From Eledone cirrhosa (Eukaryota), in contig OZ024743.1 of the NCBI GenBank assembly GCA_964016885.1, forward strand, positions 77,252,001-77,316,000: 64,000 nucleotides of DNA, written 5' to 3'. The notes below the pieces were generated by a model. The model was given only the letters and a program-made list of their open reading frames with translations, was not told the origin of the DNA and did no database searches. The position numbers and the translations under genes are program-made. Shown one piece after another: positions 12,078-23,560 of the stretch (the first letter of the stretch is position 1; every line of letters begins with the position of its first letter).

Positions 12078-13025
12078 TGCAGTATTTAACATGTGAAGGC
12101 AGTATTTAACATGTGATGGCAATATTTAACATGTGTATATGTAGTATTTAACATGTGTATATGTAATATTTAACATGTGTGTATGTAGTATTTAACATGT
12201 GAAGGCAATATTTAACATGTGTATGTAGTACAGTGCATCTTCGCTTATCAGGTTATCTCTTTTCTGAAATTCGATTTACCGGACGGCTATTTCTATACTG
12301 CCTCTGGATGAGGAGGACTTGATTTCGGCAGACGGACAGATTCGGGCAGCATTTCTTCCGGCGAACGTTACGTCACTTATTCAGCCAATGGACCAGGGAG
12401 TTTTGGAGACACTAAAGCGGATTTACAGAAAACAATTGCTGCGGGATTTGATCAGAAAAGGGTACACGGGAATGATTCCATTTTTACGTGCGATAAACAT
12501 GAGGGAGGTGGTTGACCGTTCAGCTGTTGCGTGGAAATGGTAGTGGAACGACGAGCTTCGGCGCGAAAACAATCTTCTATTTATTCATTTTTATAAAAGT
12601 ACTAACTTTTTATGGTTTGACTCAATTCAGTTTTACCAATTTTTTAGTTATTCTTTGTTTGTTTAATTAATTTTCTTATAAATTCTAGCTGTTCTTTTGT
12701 TATTCTAATAAACTTTCTTTACTTAGCATTTGTCTTTTATTTTGACTAAAAGAAGCCAAAACATTAGAAACCACGAGCATTATGTAACAATGGGATTTTA
12801 GAATTCACTTATCCAGATATTTCACTTAACCGGATCTTTATCTAACTGTTTGGTTTTGACCATCCGGATAAGCGAAGATTCACTGTATTTAACATGTGTG
12901 TATGTAGTATTTAACATGTGAAGGCAGTATTTAACGTGCGTATGTACTATTTAACATGTGTGTATCTACTATTTAACATATGACGACAGTATTTAACATG
13001 TGTATGTAGTATTTAACATATGAAG
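12078..13025. repeat. 20-22-bp minisatellite (gtagtatttaacatgtgt(gt)at / gaaggcagtatttaacatgt) split by a Tigger element
   Basis: Units at 12078-12230 and 12886-13025. Confidence 0.85.
12231..12885 (+). mobile_element. Internally deleted Tigger/pogo-like DNA transposon
   Basis: TIRs cagtgcatcttcgcttatcagg / ccggataagcgaagattcactg (20/22 match), TA on both flanks; DDE fragment FLPANVTSLIQPMDQGV. Confidence 0.88.
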
Positions 13026-14500
13026 GTGTGTGGCCTTATGGTAGGGTGTAGTTTGTGAAGGTGTGTGGCCTAAATGGTAAGGTGTAGTTTGTGAAGATGT
13101 GTGACCTAATGGTAGGGTGTAGTTTGTGAAGGTGTATGGCCTAATGGTAGGGTGTAGTTTGTGAAGGTGTATGGCCTAATGGTAGGGTGTAGCCTAATGG
13201 TTAGGATGTTTGTGAAGGTGTATGGCCTAATGGTAGGGTGTAGTTTGTGAAGATGTATGGCCTAATGGTAGGGTGTGGTTTGTGAAGATGTGTGACCTAA
13301 TGGTAGGGTGTAGTTTGTGAAGGTGTATGACCTAATGGTAGGGTGTAGTTTGTGAAGGTGTATGACCTAATGGTAGGGTGTAGTTTGTGAAGGTGTGTGG
13401 CCTTATGGTAGGGTGTAGTTTGTGAAGGTGTGTGGCCTAATGGTAGGGTGTAGTTTGTGAAGGTGTGTGGCCTAATGGTAGGGTGTAGTTTGTGAAGGTG
13501 TATGGCCTAATGGTAGGGTGTAGTTTGTGAAGGTGTGTGGCCTAATGGTAGGGTGTAGTTTGTGAAGGTGTATGGCCTAATGGTAGGGTGTAGTTTGTGA
13601 AGGTGTGTGGCCTAATGGTTAGGATGTAGTTTGTGAAGATGTGTGACCTCATGGTAGGGTGTGGTTTGTGAAGATGTGTGACCTAATGGTAGGGTGTAGT
13701 TTGTGAAGGTGTATGGCCTAATGGTAGGGTGTAGTTTGTGAAGGTGTGTGGCCTAATGGTAGGGTGTAGTTTGTGAAGGTGTATGGCCTAATGGTAGGGT
13801 GTAGTTTGTGAATGTGTGTGGCCTAATGGTAGGGTGTAGTTTGTGAAGGTGTATGGCCTAATGGTAGGGTGTAGTTTGTGAAGGTGTGTGGCCTAATGGT
13901 TAGGATGTAGTTTGTGAAGATGTGTGACCTCATGGTAGGGTGTAGTTTGTGAAGGTGTATGGCCTAATGGTAGGGTGTAGTTTGTGAAGGTGTGTGGCCT
14001 AATGGTAGGGTGTAGTTTGTGAAGGTGTATGGCCTAATGGTAGGGTGTAGTTTGTGAAGATGTGTGACCTCATGGTAGGGTGTAGTTTGTGAAGGTGTAT
14101 GGCCTAATGGTAGGGTGTAGTTTGTGAAGGTGTGTGGCCTAATGGTAGGGTGTAGTTTGTGAAGGTGTATGGCCTAATGGTAGGGTGTAGTTTGTGAAGG
14201 TGTGTGGCCTAATGGTAGGGTGTAGTTTGTGAAGGTGTATGACCTAATGGTAGGGTGTAGTTTGTGAAGGTGTGTGGCCTAATGGTAGGGTGTAGTTTGT
14301 GAGGGTGTATGGCCTAATGATAGGGTGTAGTTTGTGAAGATGTGTGACCTAATAGTAGGGTGTAGTTTGTGAAGGTGTGTGGCCTAATGGTAGGGTGTAG
14401 TTTGTGAAGGTGTGTGGCCTAGTGGTAGGGTGTAGTTTGTGAAGGTGTATGGCCTAATGGTAGGGTGTAGTTTGTGAAGGTGTATGGCCTAATGGTTAGG
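13021..14500 (+). repeat. 35-bp tandem array (about 42 copies) of a SINE 5' head
   Basis: Unit gaaggtgtgtggcctaatggtagggtgtagtttgt; the last unit continues into the SINE body. Confidence 0.93.
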
Positions 14501-14750
14501 ATGTTTACTGTACAATCTTAATGTCACCAGTTCAATTCCTAGACAGGCTGCTGTGTTGTGTTCTTGAATAAGACACTTTATTTCACACTGCTCCAGTAGA
14601 CTCAGCTGAGAGTGAGTACCAACAGAGCTGGAGAGTTAATCCTGCAGTGGACTGGTGTCCTATCCAGGGAGAGTCTTGTACTTTCAATTGCTTAATGCCA
14701 AGGAAACCGGGGATAAGCACCGACCTGATAAGCCTTCAGCTTAGAACAGT
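14475..14750 (+). mobile_element. tRNA-derived SINE (family B)
   Basis: A-box tggcctaatggtt, B-box agttcaattcc, central cttgaataagacactttatttcacactgctccagt. Confidence 0.8.
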
Positions 14751-14940
14751 ATTTAATATAATCAAAAATGTTGTTTCAGTGTCCATTTTCTATGTTGTTA
14801 TGTGTTGGCCGGATGTGGAATACAGCATTTTATAATGAATCTCTAACCTTCATCATATTTCTGAGCCTGTAATTCTGCCTTCGCCCTAAATCTTCTTGAT
14901 TCAGTTCTGCCTCAACCACTTCTTAATACATGATCATTTA

Positions 14941-15446
14941 TAAACCCTTTCAATATCAAACCATCTGAAACTGCCTCTAGTTCTGTGATATAGAACTGTT
15001 TATTGTAAAGTGTTTATATTTGTCTAAAAACTTTCTATAATAATTATATGTAAAAAGCTTTATGTTCCAAATATCTGACCATGGTTTTACACCTGGAAAG
15101 TTCCCCTCTGAAGCACAAGCCTGGGCATGGTGTGTTTGTGGAAGAACAGCAGTCACCCATGCATACCAGCCTCCCCTCACCATACCACCGATGTTGTCCA
15201 CAGGAAAGGCAATGACCAATACAGCTTGGCACCGGTGGCATCGCAACTCATTTCTACAGCTGAGTAAACTGGAGCAACGTGAAATGAAGTGTCTTGCTCA
15301 AGAACACAACACACTGCCAAATCCAGGATTTGAACTCACAATTGTAAGATTGTGAGCTCAACATTCTAACCACTAAATCCTTCCAAATACTTGATTATTT
15401 TCGAAATTATTTGAATATGCTAGGCAATGTTTTTCAAAAGGGTTAA
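14941..15446. mobile_element. piggyBac-like MITE with nested minus-strand SINE B (about 15070-15376)
   Basis: Ends aCCCTTT ... AAAGGG-TTAA; related copy at 20003-20250. Confidence 0.55.
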
Positions 15447-15758
15447 GATATGTAAAGAAACCCCAGAGAATACAACATCCCTGTAAAACTAACAAAATTG
15501 TAAAAACTCATTTATTGAAAATTATTAAAAAGTCAAAGTTATTCACTTCAATAGTAGTTTGATTAAACTCTGTACAACTTTAGCAATATGAAAAACTTGT
15601 AACTTCAGGAATACAGAAGTGATATTGTTATTGAATGTTTTATTTTGTTATTTGAGAAAGAATCTTTGCATTTAACTTTCTTTTGTAATTTAAAAAAATA
15701 TTTTCTATTTCTGAATTTTCTTTTGTTAATTGAAAGTAATCTTAAATCTTCTTTTTAG

Positions 15759-15814
15759 GTTTTGGCTGTAAATATTTTGGGTAGATTCCTTTTGAATAGT
15801 GACAAAAATATTCG
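15759..15814 (+). CDS. AP1G1: AP1G1 exon ([19 protein letters not shown])
   Basis: ctttttAG / GTatgt, ends in phase 2. Confidence 0.96.
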
Positions 15815-15947
15815 GTATGTAAATATTTCCTCTGACGTTATTCTACATTATAATGTTCAGATTAAGAATTGATTTATTATAGACAGCTCATTATGTTTGA
15901 ACAAGATTCTGTATTGGATAATGATAGAGATTGCGAGATTTACTTCT

Positions 15948-16220
15948 ATCATCATCATCATCATCATCATCGTTTTACGTCCGTTCTTCCACGCTAGCAT
16001 GTGTTAGACGGGTTGTCCTGTTGTGGGCAGTGTCCAGTCGGCTGACCTTGTCTTGCTCATACAGGAACTGATTCTAGCTTGATTTCTACAGCTGGATGCC
16101 CTTCCTAACACCAACCTCATTTACAGTGAGTGCTGGGTGCTTTTTTCCGTGGCACCTACACGTCCACTTTACAGTGTGGGTTGGGTGCTTTTTTTTCGTG
16201 GCACATCCACAACCACTTTG
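15948..16220 (-). mobile_element. RTE LINE 3'UTR/tail fragment
   Basis: Reverse complement closely follows 40990-41255. Confidence 0.8.
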
Positions 16221-16845
16221 CAGTGGGAGGGTGTGGGGGCATAGTGAAAATGAAATACAAAATAGTAACTCTAAGAGTCTACAAAATATTGATTTGGTGC
16301 TAAAAAGATGCACCCAGGCGGATGCATTTCCCTGGAAGCACTTCATCCAAAACAAGAATTCACATTGCATAACGCACAAACTTGTTCAATGAGAAACACT
16401 CTGTAAGGTGGTTGGTGATAGGAGGGGAATTCTATCACAGAAAACCTACCAAACAAAGGGTTGAGAGGACCCTTCAGCTGTGTCAAAGACATAACAACCT
16501 TCCTAGTACTGGTGTGATGATAAATTGCACTTGGTAGAGCATGAAATCATTTGTGAGATGCAGGCTCCACCCGACCCATCTGTGAGGTCAGTAACCCCAC
16601 TTGAATAGTGACTTGGTCTGTGAAGACCTAGCCAACCATTTCTACCAACAAAATGTAGGTTAAATTCTGCTGCTGATGATGATTCCCATCAAGGATAATT
16701 TTACAAAGAATTATACTCTAAGAATGTGGTGTATGTATGTATGTATGTGTGTGAGATGATTCTATTGACATTTTTGCTTTAAATTTTATAGTATTGATTT
16801 TCACTAAAAGCTTATTTTTGAATGATATTGTTTTACTTGTTTCAG

Positions 16846-16959
16846 ATATGTTGCATTAAACACACTACTGCGAGTTGTGTATGCTGATCATAATGCTGTG
16901 CAGCGACACCGGACCACAATTGTGGACTGCTTGAGAGACCCTGATATTTCTATTCGAAA
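16846..16959 (+). CDS. AP1G1: AP1G1 exon ([38 protein letters not shown])
   Basis: tttcAG / GTaagt; conserved AVQRHR..IVDCL.D.D.SI. Confidence 0.96.
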
Positions 16960-17349
16960 GTAAGTTAAACATTTCACTTTTGTTATTTTTGGCTTTGTGG
17001 TTTAGTCTAAGGAGGAAAAACAGTGGCAATTACGGCATTTTACAGACCCTCAAAGAAAGTGAGGAGAAGGTGGAGCTGATCTAGATGTTTATAATAGAAT
17101 GGACTCTGCTAAGGGCATCTGTGGGCCCAGTGAAGCTATTAAATTAAGCTACAGATTAAGTCTACCTCCCTAAAACAGATACAGTCTAATAGGTTTCCAT
17201 ATATCCACTTTGACTTACAAAACTTGGCTCAACTCAAAAGTGTTGTCAAGATACTTGCCCAAGGTGTCACACAGTGGAACTAAACTGAGAATCACATCTT
17301 CCCACTAGTGATTACCTTCAACGAACAGGACTGAGGCAAATGGTTCATT

Positions 17350-17800
17350 ATGGTTGTTGTCTTACTGACTGATTGCAAGTGAGCTGGGTATGAACCATGA
17401 CAGCGTTTGGAAGATTAACTGAAGATTTGGGTCTGCGGAAGATCTGCACAAAGATGGTGCCAAAGCTGCAGGACCAGGGGAAGTGGCGCATGTAGTTATG
17501 TCTGGACATCCTCGGGTGCCTTGAATCCAAACCAGACTGGCTGGGGAGAGTCATCAGCAGTGATGAGTCATGGATCTTTGAGTACAACCTGGAGATCAAG
17601 TGCCAGAGCCACCAAGAGGGCTGTGATACCTGAGCTATGGAAAAAACCCCAGAGAATTCTTTCAGGAGTGTATGGAGGCATGACAGAGAAGGATGGTAAC
17701 GTCCATTAAGGGTGTTATTTCAAAGGGGAAAACTTGTAGTTTAGATTTGAAATATTTTTATTGTGTCCTTAATCCTGTTTCTTTTCTGACACACCTCGTA
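17350..17800 (+). mobile_element. Mariner transposon remnant
   Basis: EDLGLRKICTKMVPKL and RVISSDESWIFEY motifs; terminal gacacacctcgTA. Confidence 0.7.
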
Positions 17801-17858
17801 CATACAAAAGCCATAATTTGCAGGCTTATATTTTTAATTTGAAACTTATATTTTTTAG

Positions 17859-17999
17859 ACGTGCTATGGAACTATGTTTTGCTCTCATCAGTAGCTCCAA
17901 TGTACGAGGAATGGTTAAAGAGCTGCTTACATTTCTGGAAACCTGTGATGCCGAATTTAAAGCAGACTGTTGTTCCAACATAGTACTGGCTGCTGAAAA
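17859..17999 (+). CDS. AP1G1: AP1G1 exon ([47 protein letters not shown])
   Basis: ttttttAG / GTtagt; lies in ORF 17818..18018. Confidence 0.96.
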
Positions 18000-18954
18000 G
18001 TTAGTTTTATTCTTTTAATTTTCTTACAATTTTTTTTTTATTTATTCAACTCAGTTCTTTAACTCATCATCATCTCACATCTTATAAATACATTTTAACA
18101 CATGTTACTCTTCTTGCAGTAATTCCATTTGATTGTGAATAATGTAAACCGGTTTTATTAGGATTAAATTAAAGCTAAGTCACTGAGAACAGTTTTGAAA
18201 TGATTCAGTCAGTGGTTCGGTTAAATTTGGTTGTAATAAGAATCTGAACCATTCAACAATCATTTCTTTTGAAGGTCAACTGATGACATTATTGGACATA
18301 TTACAAAGCTCAACATTTACTTCTTCAGTTTCCAGGAGTTTACCATTATAGAAAGTTTTCATATGACCATCATTCCTGCTTACTTGTCTCTTGTCAATAA
18401 TTGTTTAGAAGATTGTCATTCGTGCTGTAGCATATTTACTAATGGTTCTATTAGTGCTTGAATGACATATTTTAAAGTTGGACAATATCTTATTCTGGAA
18501 AATTTTTGATGGCCATACAAATATAACATTAAGAATGTCTTATGAAACTGTAGCTCCAGTTTAGTATTACTGCCAAAGAAATATTAAACAACTAGATATA
18601 TATCTCACACAGGTAATAATACAGCTGGAATTGTATAGAGGGAACAGGGTATATTTGTTTATGACGAGAAACAAAGAACGACACAAATTTTAGTTGTGAA
18701 CAAAATACAAAATCAATCCTTCAAACATTGAATACCATTCCTTATTTTATTGATCCAAGGACAAATATTGCAAATAGTGTTAGATACAGTTTTTGATTAA
18801 TGAAAGGAATTAAAGCCATTGTTTCCTGGAAATATGATATTATTGCTATGTTGAATACATTATACTTACATGTGACAGGGATCAAAGCTATTATTTATGG
18901 TGGCTGTCAATTCAATATCAAGCTTAGATATTCAGTTGAATAAAATCTCTGGAT

Positions 18955-19181
18955 TTAACCTTTTAGCATTTACTTTACTCTATATTTACTATTATATTTT
19001 CACAGTAAAAGCTGAATCTCTCAATTATCTCACATAATATCGAATCTATGAGATTTTTATGTTATTTATTTTGAGAACAATACCTTAACATCAGTATGAG
19101 TGGCTAGTTATGGCCAATTTGAACAGAAAGAGGTGAGAGAATTCTGGCCAGATACAGCTGGTTTAAATGCTAAAGGATTAA
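18955..19181. mobile_element. piggyBac-like MITE
   Basis: TTAA-ccttttagcattta ... taaatgctaaagga-TTAA; inverse copy within 47464-48493. Confidence 0.65.
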
Positions 19182-19376
19182 AGGGATGATTCCTTAAGCC
19201 ATGCTAGCATGGAAAATGGACATTAAGCAATGATGATAATGTATATTCCTCCAACTTATAAAAATACAATATCAAAACAACCATTGATGCTTTTGAAAAC
19301 TATATTTTTATATATTTAAGAAATAAAACTATTTGAACTTTTTTAAAGATTCATTTTCAAAGTTATTTATAAAAGA

Positions 19377-19870
19377 CTAGCAGAAAAACCACCCTACAGG
19401 TTTTTTTCTGCTAGCATGTGTAGTGTGTATATTGATATTATACGCAAGTATATACATGTAGCTATGATACATCAAATGAAATCGTAATTGACAATATACA
19501 CAGAAATTGAATGAAGACTGTGTTACACTGTCTTCTGTAATCAGTAACGTGATACATTTTAAAAAAGACGATATTATATATAAACTGCATTTGGAAAAAA
19601 TTAGCGACGGAAATATATGCGATTATAAGTGTTATAATATGACGGCCGCTAACTGGAAGTGTTGACATTTGAAAATTTTAAAGAAGTGAATTTTAAAGGT
19701 CTTTAAATAAGCTATAAAATATATTTAATCAACAGCCACGAAATTTAGCACATAAATTATGTAATATTCATTCATTATTTATTCAAAGTAATCCAACTTA
19801 TTTTACAAACGGGGTAAAAAAAATATATTCTGGATGCAGTCCCGCACTCCTTTCTTTATTATAGTTAAGA
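19377..19870 (-). mobile_element. Probable non-autonomous Helitron-type element
   Basis: Minus strand reads a|TCttaactataataaag ... CTAG|t, with palindrome ctagcagaaaaacc..ggtttttttctgctag at the 3' end; no TSD. Confidence 0.45.
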
Positions 19871-19906
19871 TTTATCATCTTTAATGTTTGGTTTAAATGT
19901 TTACAG

Positions 19907-19961
19907 GTATGCACCAAACAAACGATGGCATATTGATACTGTGGTAAAAGTTTTGACAACG
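19907..19961 (+). CDS. AP1G1: AP1G1 exon (YAPNKRWHIDTVVKVLTT)
   Basis: ttacAG / GTtagt; conserved YAP.KRWHIDT. Confidence 0.95.
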
Positions 19962-20002
19962 GTTAGTATTGCATTTCTCTTGACTTTGTAAGATTTTACT
20001 GT

Positions 20003-20250
20003 TTAACCCTTTTGATACCAATCTCCCTGAAACCACCCTCAATCGATGGTACAGAACTTCTCATTTTAAAATGTTTCTACTTATATATTAAATCCTTTCA
20101 TCATAATTTTATTTTTAAAATGTTTAAGTAATGTTCTAAATATCAGTTTACTAATTAAAAGATTTAATTGTTTTATTAAATTCCTCTACATGTTTGATTA
20201 TTTTCAAAATTAATTGAAATACATAGGCAATATTGTAATGAAAGGATTAA
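20003..20250. mobile_element. piggyBac-like MITE (family of 14941-15446)
   Basis: TTAA-CCCTTT ... aaaggaTTAA, with shared internal sequence. Confidence 0.5.
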
Positions 20251-20289
20251 TTGACATCAAATTATATTACTTAATATGTCGTGTTGTTG

Positions 20290-20660
20290 CAGTGCTGGCT
20301 ACCTCCCATGCCATGCTGCTCTCACATGAGATCATAAAGCATGGCCTGGATGGCACAGGATTCCCTTCCCAGTAAAAGGCTATGGCAATCTTCCTGTTCC
20401 ATGGGGACAGGCCCCTCATCTGGGATACCACATACTATGACACTTTCTCTAGTGTCAACCTGGTATGTTTGACTACCAGTCCAGGCTCTGCTACTCACCA
20501 GACTGAAGAGGGCAACCGTCCAAGTATCAGCCGCTCACTGATAGGTTTGTGGTTTAGCCTGTAGCTTTGAAGACTTCTGGAGTTCTTGGCCCCTGTACCA
20601 CATCTCTACTCACTGCTATTGGAGTGGAGTTGGGTGTGATCCCATGTGGGGGACTGACTG
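20290..20660 (+). mobile_element. CRE-clade restriction-like endonuclease / C-terminal remnant
   Basis: Degenerate HAAL.EIIK, RPLIWDTT..DTFS, PGSA, PVALKTSGVLGP. Confidence 0.65.
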
Positions 20661-21071
20661 TTTATATGAACTATCAAAATAAAAGATCTAGTTAAAGGCT
20701 ATAAGATTTATGAATATGTCACTGAAGTTTTAGTAACAACTCAACATGTAATGATTTAGCAGGAAATATCTAAAAAAAAAAAAAAAAAAAGAAAGGTTTT
20801 AGATGGTTATTGTATCTTTATTAGGGGACACATCATTGTGAACATTTGCAGGAAACTTAGACTTCAATTATTTTTTTATGTGATACAGTCATAGTGCAGT
20901 TTTATACTTTTCAAGATTGTCTTGCTAATGTGGTTTCATTTGGTACAGGACATTAAGAATTAATAAAGGAGAATATAATGATTAAGGAGCTAAAATTTGT
21001 TAAGTTATTAAAAGTGATTGTACTCACTTATTTTAAAACAAAAGTTAAAATAAAATATTTTCATTATTATT

Positions 21072-21745
21072 AGGGTGGTGAATTGGCAATATCGGTAGAG
21101 GGTTGGACGCCATGCTAGGGCGGTGAATTGGCAGTATCGGTAGAGGGTTGGACGCCATGCTAGGGCGGTGAATTGGCAGTATCGGTAGAGGGTTGGACGC
21201 CATGCTAGGGCGGTGAATTGGCAGTATCGGTAGAGGGTTGGACGCCATGCTAGGGCGGTGAATTGGCAGTATCGGTAGAGGGTTGGACGCCATGCTAGGG
21301 CGGTGAATTGGCAGTATCGGTAGAGGGTTGGACGCCATGCTAGGGCGGTGAATTGGCAGTATCGGTAGAGGGTTGGACGCCATGCTAGGGCGGTGAATTG
21401 GCAGTATCGGTAGAGGGTTGGACGTCATGTTAGGGCGGTGAATTGGCAGTATCGGTAGAGGGTTGGACGCCATGCTAGGGCGGTGAATTGGCAGTATCGG
21501 TAGACGGTTGGACGCCATGCTAGGGCGGTGAATTGGCAGTATCGGTAGAGGGTTGGACGCCATGCTAGGGCGATGAATTGGCAGTATCGGTAGAGGGTTG
21601 GACGCCATGCTAGGGCGATGAATTGGCAGTATCGGTAGAGGGTTGGACGCCATGCTAGGGTGGTGGATTGGCAGTATCGGTAAAGGGTTGGACGCCTTGC
21701 TAGGGCGGTGAATTGGCAGTATCAGTAGAGGGTTGGACGCCATGC
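21072..21745 (+). repeat. 45-bp tandem array (about 15 copies) of the SINE family A 5' head
   Basis: Unit tagggcggtgaattggcagtatcggtagagggttggacgccatgc; continues into the SINE body to about 21885. Confidence 0.93.
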
Positions 21746-22382
21746 TTTCTAGCATAGTTATGTCCCTTTACGGTCTGAGTTCAAATCCCGGTTAACTTTG
21801 CCTTTCATCCTTACGGGGTCGATAAAATAAAGTACCAGTAATACACTGGGTAATTGCTGGCCTTGTGCCTAAAGTAGAAACGATTACCCCCCCCCCCTTT
21901 TTTTTTTCTTTTCCTACTCTCCCCTCCTCTCAAGACATGTGAACATCTCACTGCAGTTGTAACAACTAAAAACAATGTTCTGTTTACCTCAATGTCTACT
22001 CTGAAATAAAGACAATATAATCTCTCATTCTGCCTAACTCAAGAAATATGTACCTCAGATGAAGGTTGTTCTCTAACATGCCCTTGGCTGTCATGTCTAC
22101 AATTAAAGTTGGTTAGTATTAATCATTTTGATACCAACTCACCGAAAGCTATCAAACAAAACCACCCATTTTGAAGGGTTCCTATTTAAATATCTCCCAA
22201 CATAATTTGATATAAGAACCTTTCATTATGTTACAAACACCATGTTAATACGCACGCACGCACGCGCACACACACATTGTATAAAACATTTTTGTATTAC
22301 AGCCCAACACTATATCCTAACAGTATGGACACTATATATATTATGTCATGATGTGCTAGCTGAGGAATAAGTTTTAACTATA

Positions 22383-22772
22383 TGTGGAGGACATGGCTTA
22401 GTGGTTAGAGCATTGGCCTTGCAATCGAAAGGTTGTGAGTTCAATTCTCAGACTGGGTGATGTGTTCTTTCCTTGAGCAAGACACTTTATTTCACATTGC
22501 TCCAGTTTACTCAGCTGTACAAATGAGATGATAGGGACTGGGGTCCCTATTATTGCACTGCAAAGTGGTCGTGGAGGTGCCACGGAAAACAAAGCACCCA
22601 GCCCACACCATAAAGTGGACGTGTAGGCGCCACGGAAAAAAAGCACCCAGCACTCACTGTAAATGAGGTTGGTGTTAGGAAGGGCATCCAGCTGTAGAAA
22701 TCAAGCCTGAATCAGTTACCATCCCACCCTTGCAAGCAGGGAAAAGCAGACGTAAAATGATGATGATGGTGA
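22383..22772 (+). mobile_element. Composite SINE (tRNA head + central domain + LINE-UTR module + RTE tail)
   Basis: tggcttagtggttagagc A-box, gagttcaattc B-box, ttaggaagggcatccagc core, cccttgcaagcagggaaaagcagacgtaaaatgatgat tail; similar copy at 55951-56315. Confidence 0.85.
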
Positions 22773-22794
22773 TACAGACACACAACTCTAGATA

Positions 22795-23205
22795 TAGTTT
22801 CTCTCTATAGTAGTTATCTTCTCTCTATAGTAGTACTCTTCCCTCTATAGTAGTACTCTTCTCTCTATAGTAGTACTCTTCCCTCTATAGTAGTACTCTT
22901 CTCTCTACAGTCATACTCTTCTCTCTACAGTCATACTCTTCTCTCTACAGTCATACTCTTCTCTCTATAGTCGTACTCTTCTCTCTATAGTAGTACTCTT
23001 CCTTCTATAGTAGTACTCTTCCCTCTATAGTAGTACTCTTCCCTCTATAGTAGTACTCTTCCCTCTATAGTAGTACTCTTCCCTCTATAGTAGTACTCTT
23101 CCCTCTATAATAGTACTCTTCCCTCTATAGTAGTACTCTTCCCTCTATAGTAGTACTCTCCTCTCTATAATAGTACTCTCCTCTCTATAGTAGTACTCTT
23201 CTCTT
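22795..23205. repeat. 20-bp minisatellite (about 20 copies)
   Basis: Unit tagtagtactcttccctcta. Confidence 0.92.
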
Positions 23206-23321
23206 GCACTAATTAGATTTTTACTGTGTTTTTTTTTTTGGACTTGGTAGTCTGCTAAAATTTCTGTTGACTTCTAAAGTTACCTAACAACTTAGATATG
23301 ATGTAGACTATACTTGGGTCT

Positions 23322-23560
23322 GATTTAGGCACTAAGCCACCAATTAGAGGAGGTCCATGGGCTGTCAATTAAATCTACCCTGTACTTGATTGGTATTTTT
23401 ATTGTATTGACCCCTCAAAAGAATGAAAGTCAAAGTTGAACATGACTGGATTTGAAACCAGAATATAGGGGGTTGTTACAAAATATTACAGCTGATTTTC
23501 TATGGCACAGTAACATCTCTGCCCATCCACCACCCACATCCCTGCCCATCCACCACCCAC
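23322..23560 (-). mobile_element. Diverged SINE family A; its 5' head abuts the large satellite
   Basis: gaatgaaagtcaaagttga..ggatttgaa; head ctgcccatccaccaccc is duplicated. Confidence 0.65.

Noticed and set aside
21045-21755. 236-aa ORF (MASNPLPILPIHRPS)n
   Set aside because: Translation of a 45-bp SINE-head array; open only because the unit is a stop-free multiple of three.
22390-22460. tRNA gene
   Set aside because: A/B boxes continue into a SINE body and recur at several loci; no intact cloverleaf or terminator.
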